Source: Patescibacteria group bacterium
Lineage (GTDB): Bacteria > Patescibacteriota > Saccharimonadia > UBA4664
Assembly: GCA_028288925.1 (NCBI GenBank)
Contig: JAQGHG010000010.1
Span: forward strand, 8,057 to 72,056
Length of the DNA stretch: 64,000 nucleotides
Direction: 5' to 3'
In this document: positions 31,097 through 39,548 of the stretch, one piece after another
Numbering within the stretch: position 1 is the stretch's first letter
Layout of the letters: each line of letters begins with the position of its first letter
Program-made: the position numbers and the translations under genes
Notes under the pieces: model-generated
The model's database searches: none
Told to the model about the DNA's origin: nothing
Seen by the model: only the letters and a program-made list of their open reading frames with translations

Positions 31097-31207
31097 TTAA
31101 TGGATGACACCGAAGAGTGAGAGCAGTAAACCGCCCGTACTCACGAGATGATATCCAACGAAGGCGACCAAAAATCCGGTACCAGCCAGCTTAACATAAC
31201 GCTTCAT
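31097..31207 (-). CDS. 36-aa hydrophobic peptide (MKRYVKLAGTGFLVAFVGYHLVSTGGLLLSLFGVIH)
   Basis: Starts 2 nt after the stop of the LPQTG mini-protein; not in the ORF track because it is under 60 aa. Confidence 0.3.
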   Translation of the reverse strand: MKRYVKLAGTGFLVAFVGYHLVSTGGLLLSLFGVIH

Positions 31208-31209
31208 GA

Positions 31210-31389
31210 TTAGCGCTTGTTAAATTTGGCCATGGCGGCGTAGACGATCGCCCAAACGGCGAGGCCGGCGGCGGCGGCGATGGCAATCGCGACAGCGCTG
31301 TGCATGCCCGTCTGGGGCAGAACGGCGGCGGTGGCGGCACCGAGAACGGCGGGAACAACCCCACCCTTGCCAGGTTCAATGCTCGACAT
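31210..31389 (-). CDS. 59-aa mini-protein ending in an LPXTG-type sorting signal (LPQTG + 22-aa hydrophobic stretch + KFNKR)
   Basis: AAAGGA RBS 7 nt upstream of ATG 31389; the C-terminal tripartite sorting-signal architecture is clear in the sequence. Confidence 0.5.
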   Translation of the reverse strand: MSSIEPGKGGVVPAVLGAATAAVLPQTGMHSAVAIAIAAAAGLAVWAIVYAAMAKFNKR

Positions 31390-31412
31390 ATTATGTCCTT
31401 TCGTTAAATTAC

Positions 31413-32504
31413 TTACCTTGCGACATTGGTCACAATGCGGTATCGGCGGCCAGCTACATCCCACCCGGCTTGGGGTGAGTTGAATTTGCGCTGGACGACG
31501 ATTTCGTACCAGGACCGAATAAATATGATCAAGCTAACAAAGCGCAGTATGTAGAACAAGGGAAAGGCGCCCATTACATTGGAGCGGGGGTTTTTGGCCG
31601 CGGCCCACATCGTAAACAGGGTGAAGATCAGGAGGTCGCTAAGGAACATGAGGGCTAGCGGACGATAATTTTGCCCCCACCAAGCCATGAAAGGCAGAAC
31701 GGTAAGCTGGGCGACCAGAATCCACTGCTCGAACATGACATAGCTCAGGTAGGCATCGATCTTTTGCGGGTGAAGCCCCACGCGATGGCGCATCATTACC
31801 TGGAAGTTACCCCGGTACCAGCGGCTGATTTGCTTCATGTAGTCAGTGAGGTCTTTGGGGTCTTGCGTGAAGGTTTTGGCCTGCGGAATGTAGGCAATCT
31901 TGCCGAGCCGGCCGCGGTGAATCTGCAGGGTGATGTCCATGTCCTCGGTGAGTGAGTCGACAGAGAAATCCAGCTTGTTCAGAATATCGGTACGGAACAC
32001 CGAGGTGGGTCCAGGGATAACCGGAATGACACCAAGGAACGCTTGGATCCGGCGCAAGATCTCCAGACCAAGCGTGTACTCATAGGTGCGGTACTTGGAG
32101 ATCCAGCCACCTTGCAAGCTCTGGATGTACCCGGTAGCGGCAACGTATTCGCGCGACAAGCGTGACTGCAGCTCACTAAAATAGGTGATGGCGAAGACGC
32201 CGTCGGCGTCGGCGATGTGCAGCCACTCGTAGCGGCTGATGATGCCGAAATGCTCGATGGCGTGCAGGATGGCCTTGGCCTTGCCACTCTGAGGCTGGTC
32301 GAGAATATTCTTGGCGGCTAACAGTTCTGAGGCTATTTTGACCGTGTCGTCCTTGGAGCCGTCGGACACTACGAAGATGTCGGCCGGGTGCTGGCCCGCG
32401 GCGATTGCCGAGTGTATAGTGTCGGCGATAACCATCTCCTCGTTGTGCGCGGGGATGACGAGAGCGAGCTTGCGTTTCTTAAACTGGTAGCGATTGAAGA
32501 TCAT
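31413..32504 (-). CDS. family-2 glycosyltransferase (QxxRW processive type)
   Basis: LVIPAHNEE, SDGSKDDT, ADADG, QISRWYRG; C-terminal TM helices. Confidence 0.75.
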   Translation of the reverse strand: MIFNRYQFKKRKLALVIPAHNEEMVIADTIHSAIAAGQHPADIFVVSDGSKDDTVKIASELLAAKNILDQPQSGKAKAILHAIEHFGIISRYEWLHIADADGVFAITYFSELQSRLSREYVAATGYIQSLQGGWISKYRTYEYTLGLEILRRIQAFLGVIPVIPGPTSVFRTDILNKLDFSVDSLTEDMDITLQIHRGRLGKIAYIPQAKTFTQDPKDLTDYMKQISRWYRGNFQVMMRHRVGLHPQKIDAYLSYVMFEQWILVAQLTVLPFMAWWGQNYRPLALMFLSDLLIFTLFTMWAAAKNPRSNVMGAFPLFYILRFVSLIIFIRSWYEIVVQRKFNSPQAGWDVAGRRYRIVTNVAR

Positions 32505-32638
32505 GATTTTCTCAAAAAAGAAAAGGGTCCCTGAACTACATTCAGAAGTACCCTCTCTTGAACTTTTCCTTAGCTAGTACGTTACCTCATTTTTGTAGTT
32601 GTGTCAAGCTTATGTTAAAACAATACTTCTTATGATTG

Positions 32639-34033
32639 TTACGGCTTAACCTGAGACTTGATTTCGGTGTATGCCTGGTGCATGGTCTCGATGGTGAGAC
32701 CCGATACCTTGATGGCTTGGAGGTCGTGTTCGAAGTCTGCCGGGTGGCGGGCGTAGGAGCTGGGGCCGTTATCGATCTGGTGATACACCAGGATGAGCCA
32801 AGCGTGGTTGACGCGGGCGGTCTCTAGCCACGAATTGAGCTGCTCGGCCGAGGTGTTGGCGGTCATGTTCTGGACCATCAGACCGTAGGGATCGAGGTTG
32901 TCGGCGGTATTGAACCCGACATCGGTGGAGCGTGAGGTCTGATAGTTTTTCTGGACTTGGGCGGTGGTGGCAGCGTTGTAGGCGCCGTACGGCGGCGCGA
33001 AATCTGTCGGCTTGCCGTAGCACCTGGTGAGGTCCTTGTCGGAACGTTCAAGTTGGAACGCGGCGGCTTCGGCCTTCTGTTTCGTGAGGTCGGCGTGGTC
33101 TACCGTGTGCGATGCGATCTCGTGCCCGGCGTTGCGGAAGTCGTACAGTTGGCCGGGGGTAACGTAATCCTTCTCTTGGCCGACGTAGCCGGAAATGATG
33201 TACTGCGTGGAAGCGATGTTGTAGCGCTGCATAAGCGGCAGGGCATTGTCGTGAATGGAGCGCCAGCCGTCGTCAAAGGTGAGGGTGACGATGGGCCGGC
33301 TGAAGCCCTGTACCGTGGCCGGCTCCAGCGAGAAGTCGTCGGTCTCGAGGAAGCCCTTGCCGGCTAGAGGATGAAAAACCATGGCTTCGGTAACATCCTT
33401 GGGTATAAAGAATGACGCCTGGTACTGTGTCCAACCCGACGCGGGGGCGGCGACCTTGAGGTTGATGTATTGAGTGTGGCCGGCGGCGTCTCTGAGCATC
33501 AGGATAGCCCGGGTAGAAACATCCGAACGGTAATAATCGGAGTAGCGGTAGTAACCGCCAGGCTGTACCTTCACGGCATTGTAGTACCAGTCGGCGTCGC
33601 CGTCGGTGTAATTGGTAATGGCCGTCCGAACAGCATTAGCTGAGCCGTGGCCGGGCACGAGGCCGAAGGTGGCGTTATTTTTACCGTAGATATTGGTGCT
33701 CCAGCTGTACGGCGAAATACCGGTGGTATCCTCCACGTCGCCGTTCGGGACGAGGTCGGCGCCGGCAATCTCGGTGCTCCTAAGCTTAGCGCCCTTCGCT
33801 ACCGGAGTAGCTACGGTGGTGGCTCGAGAAGTTACCGCGTCGCCGGTATCGGAATCGGCGGCCACGACCTCAGCTTTGTCGCTGTGGTGCACAAAGGCGC
33901 CGGCACTACAGCGCGATTCAGTAATGGCGCGGCCGAGGTCTAGGCCGTTACGGCCGGCCACGTAGGAACCGCTGGCAATAGTGAGCGTAATAGCTGCTAC
34001 TATGATGGCTTTGCGAGGGAATTTCATTTGCAT
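32639..34033 (-). CDS. secreted beta-sandwich (CBM-like) + CE4 polysaccharide deacetylase (paralog of 29059..30915)
   Basis: LTFDDGWRSIHDNALPL...HTVDHADL. Confidence 0.8.
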   Translation of the reverse strand: MQMKFPRKAIIVAAITLTIASGSYVAGRNGLDLGRAITESRCSAGAFVHHSDKAEVVAADSDTGDAVTSRATTVATPVAKGAKLRSTEIAGADLVPNGDVEDTTGISPYSWSTNIYGKNNATFGLVPGHGSANAVRTAITNYTDGDADWYYNAVKVQPGGYYRYSDYYRSDVSTRAILMLRDAAGHTQYINLKVAAPASGWTQYQASFFIPKDVTEAMVFHPLAGKGFLETDDFSLEPATVQGFSRPIVTLTFDDGWRSIHDNALPLMQRYNIASTQYIISGYVGQEKDYVTPGQLYDFRNAGHEIASHTVDHADLTKQKAEAAAFQLERSDKDLTRCYGKPTDFAPPYGAYNAATTAQVQKNYQTSRSTDVGFNTADNLDPYGLMVQNMTANTSAEQLNSWLETARVNHAWLILVYHQIDNGPSSYARHPADFEHDLQAIKVSGLTIETMHQAYTEIKSQVKP

Positions 34034-34104
34034 ATGTTATCCCGCTTTTGTCTAATTGTCAAGTATATGTTGCGGCTGCGTTTCTTATGCCCCTACTTCT
34101 ATTC

Positions 34105-34746
34105 TCAGGGACAATCGCGCGTTTCTTTGGATGCGCGAAAACTAATCGGCGCGGGAAGCCTGGCGGTGCGCACGATGTAGTAACGGTCGGTGACCTTCTG
34201 CGTGACGATACATTTGGCACCTGATATTTGCTCGGTAACGTCGACGGCAGTGCCAGCGGGGCTCGTGATAATACCCGTAACCTTCAGGTTGTACCCACCG
34301 GTAGCGCGAGGGCCTTCGCTGAGCGCGATGACGTTGCTGGTAGTGAAATCGACGGGCAAAAGCGGCGGCAACGGCTTAATATTGGCGTGGACCGCGGCCC
34401 AATACCGCTCCCACTGTGCCTGGGAGGTGATGATTTCCTGGCGTTGGGGGTAGGCGCCACGGCTGTCGCCTTCTACCAAAAGTTGAAACTCTTGCGAGAC
34501 ACCAGGCTCGGATATGGGGACCGGCGAGCCGCGCGGACCCACATAGGTGTGACCCTTTGCTACACAAGCGGGCGGTTCGCTCTCCATGATCGGGTAGCCG
34601 GCCCGGGCGCAAGCCGCGTATGAATCGATGGGCTCGGTAGGATGGCCCCGCAGCAGCCAGACCGCGCCGGCTAGCATGACGGCGAGACCCGTGAATACGA
34701 TGATTCGGTGCTTGTGCTTGGCCCAAATGAGAGCTAGCGGTGTCAT
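34105..34746 (-). CDS. exported protein, PrcB C-terminal-domain-like
   Basis: N-terminal TM; FQLLVEGDSRGAYPQRQEI...GGYNLKV...DRYYIV pattern. Confidence 0.35.
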   Translation of the reverse strand: MTPLALIWAKHKHRIIVFTGLAVMLAGAVWLLRGHPTEPIDSYAACARAGYPIMESEPPACVAKGHTYVGPRGSPVPISEPGVSQEFQLLVEGDSRGAYPQRQEIITSQAQWERYWAAVHANIKPLPPLLPVDFTTSNVIALSEGPRATGGYNLKVTGIITSPAGTAVDVTEQISGAKCIVTQKVTDRYYIVRTARLPAPISFRASKETRDCP

Positions 34747-34752
34747 CGTGGC

Positions 34753-35349
34753 CTACAGCTCTTTCGTGAGATCTTCGGGGAGTTTGCTGTTCTTGGATTC
34801 GACTATGTCGATGAGCTCGTCGACGAGCGCCACCGGATCGTGGCCGAAGATAATGCCGGTACGGGCGCGCTTGGCGGCCTTGAGGACGCGCTCAACTTCT
34901 TCGGTCATGCCGCCGGAGCCTAGCAGGACACCGATGGGTTTGCGCTCCTCGATGGCGATGGTGAGCTCGTTGAGTGTGCCGATGCGGCCGCCGACCATTA
35001 CGACGGCGTCGCAGGAGCGCACCAGCAGCAGGTTGCGGCCGGTGTACTCGAAGCCGGTGAAGACCACGGTGTCGAAGGCGTCGAGGGGCAACTGGTACTT
35101 CTTGACGTGGGCCAGGCGGCTGGCGGCCGGCGAGAAGCCGATGGAGGTGACGTGTTCGCCGCCGGCTTTCTTGGCGGCGATGGCCGCGTAGTACGGCAGA
35201 CCGCGGGTGGCGCCGGTGACTACCAGATGCCCCCGCCGGACGATCTCGTGCGCGACCTCGCCGGCCAAGCCTTTGGCCAGCTCGACGCTATCGCCGCGGG
35301 CCGCGCCGGATACGCAGATTTGGTAGCGCAACGGCGGCATTTTTGGCAT
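34753..35349 (-). CDS. LOG-family / TIGR00725 Rossmann-fold nucleotide-binding protein (nucleoside 5'-monophosphate phosphoribohydrolase-like)
   Basis: VSGAARGDSVELAKGLAGE...MVGGRIGTLNELT (PGGxGTxxE-like). Confidence 0.7.
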   Translation of the reverse strand: MPKMPPLRYQICVSGAARGDSVELAKGLAGEVAHEIVRRGHLVVTGATRGLPYYAAIAAKKAGGEHVTSIGFSPAASRLAHVKKYQLPLDAFDTVVFTGFEYTGRNLLLVRSCDAVVMVGGRIGTLNELTIAIEERKPIGVLLGSGGMTEEVERVLKAAKRARTGIIFGHDPVALVDELIDIVESKNSKLPEDLTKEL

Positions 35350-36596
35350 TATTTGACCTCCCGCGTGAGGCTTTCGGGCTTAATGATGGCGTTGTCGAGC
35401 TTGCCGAGGAGTTGCTCCTCGAGGACTTTTTCGCCCAGATAGCGCGCGAATACTTCGTTCCAGAGCGCCTCACGGAAATGGTACAGGTAGCGGTCCGGGT
35501 AGGCTATGGCATTGGAATAGCCCAGGCTGAGGTCCATGAGGTTGAACGTGACGGTGTCGTGAGATTCGCCCTTGAGGACGGCTACGTAGTCGAGACCGCG
35601 CCAAAAATCGAGTTCGGGATCGATTTCGTAGAGGATGTCTTCGGCGCGGCGCCAATGCAGGTCTTCGGGCTGGACGTGCGGCTCGAAGATTTCGGGATGA
35701 TTCTCATTCTTGAGCTTGCCGAAGTAGCGCTGGATGACGCGCCAGTGGATGTGGGCATTGTCGGTTATTTTGACGTGCGCGGGGTCGGCGATGAGGGTGT
35801 CGGAAACTATGGCGCCGAAATTCTTTTTGGCTTGCATAAGCTTAAAGAACGAACTGTAGAGACGGATTTCATTGAAGTAATGAAACAGCAGCGGCATGAC
35901 CTTGAGCGTAATACCCGTCATGTGGGTTTCCTTCATGGGCATAATGGCGATGGCGCCCATTTCTTTGGAATGGGTGATGTTGTGGCGTTTTTTGGCGATA
36001 AAGTGCTCGGCGACGTCACCCCATTTTTCGACTGCGAATGGTACCACCCGAATGCGGCGCGGCTCGAAATCCTCGGGGGTAAGGTCGAGATATTGGCGGT
36101 CGAAGCCGTTGAGCCAGTCGGCGTCTTCGACGAAACGCAGGGCCAGGAAGAGCTCATAAATATCCTCGTGCTCGAGCAGGGCCGAGACCAGGTGGTAGCC
36201 GAGGCGGTCCATGATGGCCATGGGTGGGTTGCGGCGGAGCATGTCGCGGGCCTTGGCCTCGGTGAGAAACCAGCCGTCCTTGGGCAATGGCGCGGCTTCG
36301 GCGGCTTTGACGATGAGCGGGATCATTTCGCGCAGATCGCTGGGGTCGGCGCCGCCGATGGCCTTGGCCAAATGGGCGTCGTGGAGGCCGACCTGCTTGA
36401 TGAGCGCGTCGTAGAGCTCCGGTCCGGTCGCATCGGCGGAAAGTCCAAGTTGTTTGGCGGTGCGGGCGGCTTTTTGGGCAATCTCGGCGCCCAGCTTTAC
36501 ATCTACGCCTTTTTGGTGCGTGCGCAGCTCGAGCTGGTGCAAGGCGTGGTCGAAGAGGGGTTCTTTGGCCTGGAGAAAGCGCCCGATGGTACTCAT
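35349..36596 (-). CDS. conserved hypothetical cytoplasmic protein (415 aa), no recognisable domain
   Basis: Start/stop overlaps (ATGA, TAATG) with the flanking pfkB and LOG genes indicate one operon. Confidence 0.6.
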   Translation of the reverse strand: MSTIGRFLQAKEPLFDHALHQLELRTHQKGVDVKLGAEIAQKAARTAKQLGLSADATGPELYDALIKQVGLHDAHLAKAIGGADPSDLREMIPLIVKAAEAAPLPKDGWFLTEAKARDMLRRNPPMAIMDRLGYHLVSALLEHEDIYELFLALRFVEDADWLNGFDRQYLDLTPEDFEPRRIRVVPFAVEKWGDVAEHFIAKKRHNITHSKEMGAIAIMPMKETHMTGITLKVMPLLFHYFNEIRLYSSFFKLMQAKKNFGAIVSDTLIADPAHVKITDNAHIHWRVIQRYFGKLKNENHPEIFEPHVQPEDLHWRRAEDILYEIDPELDFWRGLDYVAVLKGESHDTVTFNLMDLSLGYSNAIAYPDRYLYHFREALWNEVFARYLGEKVLEEQLLGKLDNAIIKPESLTREVK

Positions 36597-37564
36597 AGCG
36601 TAGTGATCTTTAATTTCATGCGTTTGACGCGCTGGGTCTTGAGGATGCCGGTCTTGCCGCCGATCTGGGCGACGACGCTGGAGGCGTTGGCGGCCGCCAG
36701 GCTGAGGGCGTCTTCCATAACGAGGCCCCGGGCGAGGCCGGCCACGAAGCCGGAGCCGAAGGCGTCGCCGGCGCCGAGGCGGTCCACGGGTTTCGCCTTC
36801 TGGTAGACGCCGGCCTGGTAGAGCTTGCCGGTGGCCGAGGCGTAGGAGCCGGCCGGGCCGTTGGTGCCGATCACATAGGGGCAGGTGTCGGCGGCGCGGA
36901 CGACGGTCTCGCGGACGTCTTCGCCGCCAAACAGTACGCGCAGCTCCTCGGCGTTGGCTTTGAGCACCGTCACGAGCGGCAGGAGGCTGCGCAGCTTCTT
37001 GGTCTGCGCCAGCTCGGCGTTGCCGGGATCGAGCGCCACTTGGATGCCGTGATTGTTGGCGTGCTTGAGCAGCTTGCCGAGCAGGTCCATGTTGCCAGCT
37101 AGCGAGGTAATGTAAAACCAGTCGGCTTCGAGCGTGCGGATGGCAATCTCTTTGGCCTTGAGTTCGTGTGAGGCGCCGCGGTGTGTTAGGATGGTGCGTT
37201 CGCCGCTGGGCGCCAGCAGGATGGTGGAATAACCGGTGCCGAGCTTGGTGTCATAAACGAGACGGTCGAGCGCCACGCCTTCGCGGCGCAGAGCCCGCAC
37301 GACTTCGCCGCCGGCTGGGTCGTGGCCGATCTTGCCGACGTATCCCGCCTGCAAGCCTTGCCGGGCAAAGGTAACGGCCGCATTAGTGGCGCCGCCGCCG
37401 GTATCGAAGTAGACATTGTCGACATCGATCTTGGCGCCGAGCGGGAACTGCTCGACGTAATCCCGGGTACGGACATCGCGCCGGGCATGCAGCGCTTTGC
37501 CGCTCAGGAAGACGTCTTGAGTAGCGGCGCCGAATGTTAGAATTTTGACATTTATATCAGCCAT
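36593..37564 (-). CDS. PfkB-family carbohydrate/nucleoside kinase (ribokinase-like)
   Basis: DTGGGATNAAV and GAGDAFGSGF motifs. Confidence 0.8.
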   Translation of the reverse strand: MADINVKILTFGAATQDVFLSGKALHARRDVRTRDYVEQFPLGAKIDVDNVYFDTGGGATNAAVTFARQGLQAGYVGKIGHDPAGGEVVRALRREGVALDRLVYDTKLGTGYSTILLAPSGERTILTHRGASHELKAKEIAIRTLEADWFYITSLAGNMDLLGKLLKHANNHGIQVALDPGNAELAQTKKLRSLLPLVTVLKANAEELRVLFGGEDVRETVVRAADTCPYVIGTNGPAGSYASATGKLYQAGVYQKAKPVDRLGAGDAFGSGFVAGLARGLVMEDALSLAAANASSVVAQIGGKTGILKTQRVKRMKLKITTL

Positions 37565-37644
37565 TACATCTGATGATAGCAGTTATGCTTTGAGAATGAT
37601 AGCGCTTTTGGTTGACTATTATCTCTTATTGTGGTATTTGTTTA

Positions 37645-37944
37645 TTTATCGTGTGTGCGAATTTGCGCAGACGCCGTAATGCGGTCTAACGGCCGCTCAC
37701 AACTTGTCCGAGATTGGAAATAGATGACCATCACCATCTTTGATGGCTGCGCCGTCCCCGTCGCTGCGCCCGCGCGTCCCGGGAGACACCGGCGCCATGT
37801 CCGTCGCTCGGCGGCTTGGGCGGTCGCCACGGCACTCCCCCGCCTCGTTTGGTGGCTCGTGAAGGCCATAGGCCGGGCCGTGGGAAGTGACCCGCTGATG
37901 TGGATCGTCGTCCCCCGCCCTTTTTGGGCGGTTTTTTGTTTGTG
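37645..37944 (+). ncRNA. candidate small RNA (TTGACT -35-like box at 37611, GC-rich structured body, strong intrinsic terminator 37914..37944)
   Basis: Terminator CCGCCC-ttttt-GGGCGG + TTTTTTGTTTGTG lies inside the only + strand ORF, so that ORF is unlikely to be a real protein. No protein gene follows on the + strand. Confidence 0.3.
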
Positions 37945-38098
37945 CGCGGCTTCATCGGTTTGCCATTATGCAATTAAAATGAATGCCCTAGATGGTTATG
38001 GCTTTGTGTAGCTAAATATTTCTCCCTCGACAGCAAAGAGTGTTCAGTTTTATTGAATAGTGAGAGCTCTGCGTATAGCAACCGTGAGGTAGGGCTCT

Positions 38099-38989
38099 CT
38101 AGCCCTGAGTTTTGCCGGCCGAGCCGAAGACATCCATCTTGTGTTCAACGACGGCCTGGATCGCATCGAGCACCGGGCCCATTAGCTTGATGACGGCGAA
38201 TTGGTCGGGGTTGGCTTTGAGCTGGGTTTCGAGGGTAGTGCGGAAGGCCCGGCGCATTTCGGAATTGATGTTGATCTTGGAGACGCCGCGCTCCACCGCG
38301 CCGCGGAACTGGTCGTCGGGCGTGCCGGAGCCGCCGTGGAGCGAGAGGTAGCCCGGCACTTCCTCGCGGATAGCGGCGAGCAGGTCGAGGTCGAGCTGCT
38401 TGGGCACGGGATACAGGCCGTGCAGGTTGCCGACGGCCACGGCGAAGGTGTCGATGCCGGTGGTCTCAATGAACTTAAAGGCTTCTTTCGGCTTGGTGAA
38501 GGTCTTCTTTACGACCTCGTAATCCATGGCTTCTTTGAACACATTGGAGCCGCCGCCGAAGTAGTGCGGCTCGCTCTCTACCATCGCGCCGGTCTTTTTG
38601 GCGTACTCGACGACTTCTTTGGTGGCGGCTATAATTTCCGCTTCGGTGTCGTCATGATTGGCTTGGCTGACATCAATGTGAATAAATTCAAACCCGGCGT
38701 CAATACCGGCCTTTGCATCCTCTACACTGGGCGAATGATCGAGGTTGATGTACATTTCGATGTCGAATTCGGTCTTATAATTATCAACGATGCAGCGCAG
38801 ATTATGCAGGCCGATGAGCTTGGCTTCGTCCTTGGAGACCTCGACGAGCACCGGGGACTTCTTGGCGGCGGCGGCGCGGGCGATGGCCAGGAGCGTCTCT
38901 AGATTGTCGATATTAAAAGCGCCTAAGGCAAACTTTTCTTGCCTGGTACGGGCGTAGAGTGCGCGGGCGGCTTCGGTGTTGGAATGCAT
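38099..38989 (-). CDS. fba: fructose-bisphosphate aldolase class II
   Basis: GAFNIDNLE, LDHS, LHGGSG motifs. Confidence 0.9.
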   Translation of the reverse strand: MHSNTEAARALYARTRQEKFALGAFNIDNLETLLAIARAAAAKKSPVLVEVSKDEAKLIGLHNLRCIVDNYKTEFDIEMYINLDHSPSVEDAKAGIDAGFEFIHIDVSQANHDDTEAEIIAATKEVVEYAKKTGAMVESEPHYFGGGSNVFKEAMDYEVVKKTFTKPKEAFKFIETTGIDTFAVAVGNLHGLYPVPKQLDLDLLAAIREEVPGYLSLHGGSGTPDDQFRGAVERGVSKININSEMRRAFRTTLETQLKANPDQFAVIKLMGPVLDAIQAVVEHKMDVFGSAGKTQG

Positions 38990-39067
38990 TGAGATTGAGA
39001 TCCGCTTATGGTTGAACTTAGCATAACACGGAAGAAGCTTCCTTTAGCGGGATGGCAAGTTAGGAGC

Positions 39068-39493
39068 TCATTTGGCAAGCTTGCGGGCAAGGGCCCAGCC
39101 GATAACGAAATAGATACCATAGATGAGATAGAGCACGAAGGCGAGGATAGCGAGTTGGGCGGTGGTTTGGGTGCGCCCGAGATTGGTAAAGGTGAGAACC
39201 GAGGACGAGATGAGGGCCAGCGTGGTGGCGACACCGGTAGCTACCAGAATGGGCTTGCGGGCGCGACGTTTGCCGAGTGTAACCCATACCCAGGCGGCCA
39301 TGCCCAGCCCGTAAACGGCTAACGCCAACACCATAGTGACGATGAGCGCGGGCAGGTAGCTGTGGAAGACCGTGGTGAGGGGTAAATATCCCGGGAGGCG
39401 TCCGCTCAGCCAAAAAGCGCCCATACCCGCGGCAAAGGTGAAGAGGAACTGGATATCTGTACCTGAGAAGACCGATTGTTTGCCGACAGTCAT
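39068..39493 (-). CDS. hypothetical 4-TM membrane protein
   Basis: Hydrophobic profile only. Confidence 0.45.
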   Translation of the reverse strand: MTVGKQSVFSGTDIQFLFTFAAGMGAFWLSGRLPGYLPLTTVFHSYLPALIVTMVLALAVYGLGMAAWVWVTLGKRRARKPILVATGVATTLALISSSVLTFTNLGRTQTTAQLAILAFVLYLIYGIYFVIGWALARKLAK

Positions 39494-39511
39494 ATAAAAG
39501 CGCTCCTGTTA

Positions 39512-39540
39512 GCTATACGTGCGATTATTACCCGTATAGC
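39512..39540. other. hairpin GCTATACG-14nt-CGTATAGC between tkt C-half and downstream gene
   Basis: Perfect 8-bp inverted repeat, followed on the minus strand by AGGAG and a T-rich stretch. Confidence 0.4.
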
Positions 39541-39548
39541 ATAGCAGA

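Noticed and set aside
35343-36806. 487-aa + strand ORF
   Set aside because: Antisense to the 415-aa hypothetical and pfkB genes; highly acidic, Gly/Val-rich composition with no domain; the opposite-strand genes have tight start/stop coupling.
37724-38011. 95-aa + strand ORF in the fba upstream interval
   Set aside because: A strong intrinsic terminator (37914..37944) lies inside the ORF, and its composition is Ala/Arg/Val/Trp-rich; the region is more likely non-coding RNA or UTR.
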